Source: Felis catus
Taxonomy: Eukaryota
Direction: 5' to 3'
NCBI RefSeq assembly: GCF_018350175.1
Contig: NC_058368.1
Location: forward strand, 18,850,001-18,914,000
Length of the DNA stretch: 64,000 bases
A program made the translations under genes and the position numbers. Positions 62,621 to 64,000 of this stretch are shown in pieces. The notes beneath the pieces were generated by a model. The model was not told the origin of the DNA. It was given only the letters and a program-made list of their open reading frames with translations, and did no database searches. Position 1 is the first letter of the stretch. Every line of letters begins with the position of its first letter.

Positions 62621-64000
62621 GCCCAGGGGGACGCTCCTCGCTTCGCGGGCACTGGGTGGGCGGGCGGAGGCGGCCTTGCGGAATTCTACTCTATCGCCCC
62701 CTTCTCGACTCCACCCACGGTTTTTTGCAGAGAAACGTGGGGAAGTCGGTGGGTTTTGTTTTTGTTTTTTGTTTTATTTTCCTGCGATCTGTCAAGTCCT
62801 CCAGCCCCCGCGCGGGCTGCACAAGCCCCTCCCGCACCTGGGTCCCGGCGGTCCAGCCCGCGCGGCGGGCGCCGTCCCCGCCGCCTCCGCGCCTCTAGCC
62901 CACCTGTTCGTACCCTAGAGCTGAGCCTCTGCAGGTTCGGTCGAGTCGGGGGCCAGGCGTCCAGCCCAGCGGCAGCCCAGCTGGGTTGACGCCACACTTG
63001 ACCTAAAAGGCTAGAAATGAGATAAAGGGACTCAGCCGGGCTGAAGACGGTCCTATTTCACACGCACACACAGACCCAAAAGCATCCTAGACTTCAGTGC
63101 CCTCTGTGGGATCATCTTCCCCTGCGCGGGAACCTCAGACTCTAATGGTCCAGGGGCGGCGGGGAAGGGGTCAGAGAAGAGCATTTAGAGAGAACCTTGT
63201 CACTTTATTATGTACCCCTAATTAAGTTCAACGGCTTGCTTGTCATTTCTTTGCTATTTAGGATGGAAGTAGTGAGATTTCAAGTAACAGCGCAAGAGGG
63301 GTAAAACCAAAGCCTGGGTGAGCCCTGCCCACCCCCAGGTTCCTTTAAATTGCATCGAGTGTCAGTCGACTTCCCCCCCCCCACCCCACCTTTCCCCATC
63401 TGGGCTCCAGGTCCTGGACGTCCTGTCGAGATCATTGGGGCCAAAGGCAGAAAGACAATGGCCCTTGTGTCTCGGGGAGCAAAAGAAACAGTTTTCAAGA
63501 AACAGTTGTTTGGTTTTGCCTATTTAGGAGGCATAAGGAAAGCATTTCCTTTCAGAGGGATGGGATCACTTGGGATGGAAGATTGACAGTAGGGTTTTAA
63601 ATATCTTGTCCAAAATGACAGCTCCCAATTATTTTTCCAATCCCCTTTCTCTTACAGGTAACTCTTCAATTGAAAAGGGGCATCTAAAGAAAATTAGGCC
63701 TCATTTACGAAAGTTTGAAAGAACTTAGATTTACTTCTTCTTTACATTCTCGCTATCATCTCCCTAGTTCAGGCCCCTGTTTCTTCACAATCCACTTATC
63801 ACAGCTTCCTACTGATAAATGGGGGAGAGGGGCAGGGAAGAGGAAGGTCGTGAGCCTGATGGATTAAGGATAGAGGTGGTTCCCACCCTCCTCCTCTTGT
63901 GGTCTCTGCATTTACTATCAAATGTAGATGGCTCAGGCTTCCTCTGCCAGCCGCTAGGGGACCTCAGTAACCCGGACGACGAGCTCAAAGGAAGGCGCTA

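Larger units (their letters stand above)
60150..63000. promoter_or_regulatory. FOXO1: CpG island covering the FOXO1 promoter, exon 1 and the start of intron 1
   Basis: Very high GC content and dense CpG/CGCG, in contrast with the CpG-depleted intron. Confidence 0.95.

Noticed and set aside
60046..62997. Many overlapping 100-200 aa ORFs on both strands of the CpG island (e.g. 61414-62028 +, 61320-61901 +, 62468-62989 +)
   Set aside because: These are low-complexity Ala/Arg/Pro/Gly shadow ORFs expected in stop-poor GC-rich DNA. None has a recognisable domain.

Overview
This is carnivore genomic DNA, almost certainly a cat or other felid, judging by about 40 felid-type Can-SINEs. The only supportable gene is FOXO1 on the minus strand. 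Its CpG-island promoter lies at about 62.1-63.0 kb and its 5' UTR is about 400 nt. Coding exon 1 is 61742->61092 (217 codons, MAEAPQVV...SSAGWK) and ends at a GTGAGT donor inside the forkhead domain. Positions 1-61091 are intron 1; exon 2 is not in the window. The intron is a mosaic of Can-SINEs (many with readable target-site duplications, TSDs), L1, L2, L3, MIR, MER5, MER20, MER47, an MLT1 LTR and microsatellites. The other ORFs in the track look like repeat-derived or GC-rich shadow ORFs. I found no convincing novel gene or multi-component system. The best leads are regulatory or structural: a two-AUG uORF and a stop-free in-frame 5' leader, an expanded polyalanine tract, a perfect 48-bp duplication carrying two abutting palindromes, a CpG-rich intronic patch, a 4:1 antisense SINE bias, repeated SINE insertion at the same sites, and a probable SINE-associated deletion. 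Ancient-repeat boundaries are approximate. Repeat family names and human comparisons come from memory of consensus sequences, not from searches.
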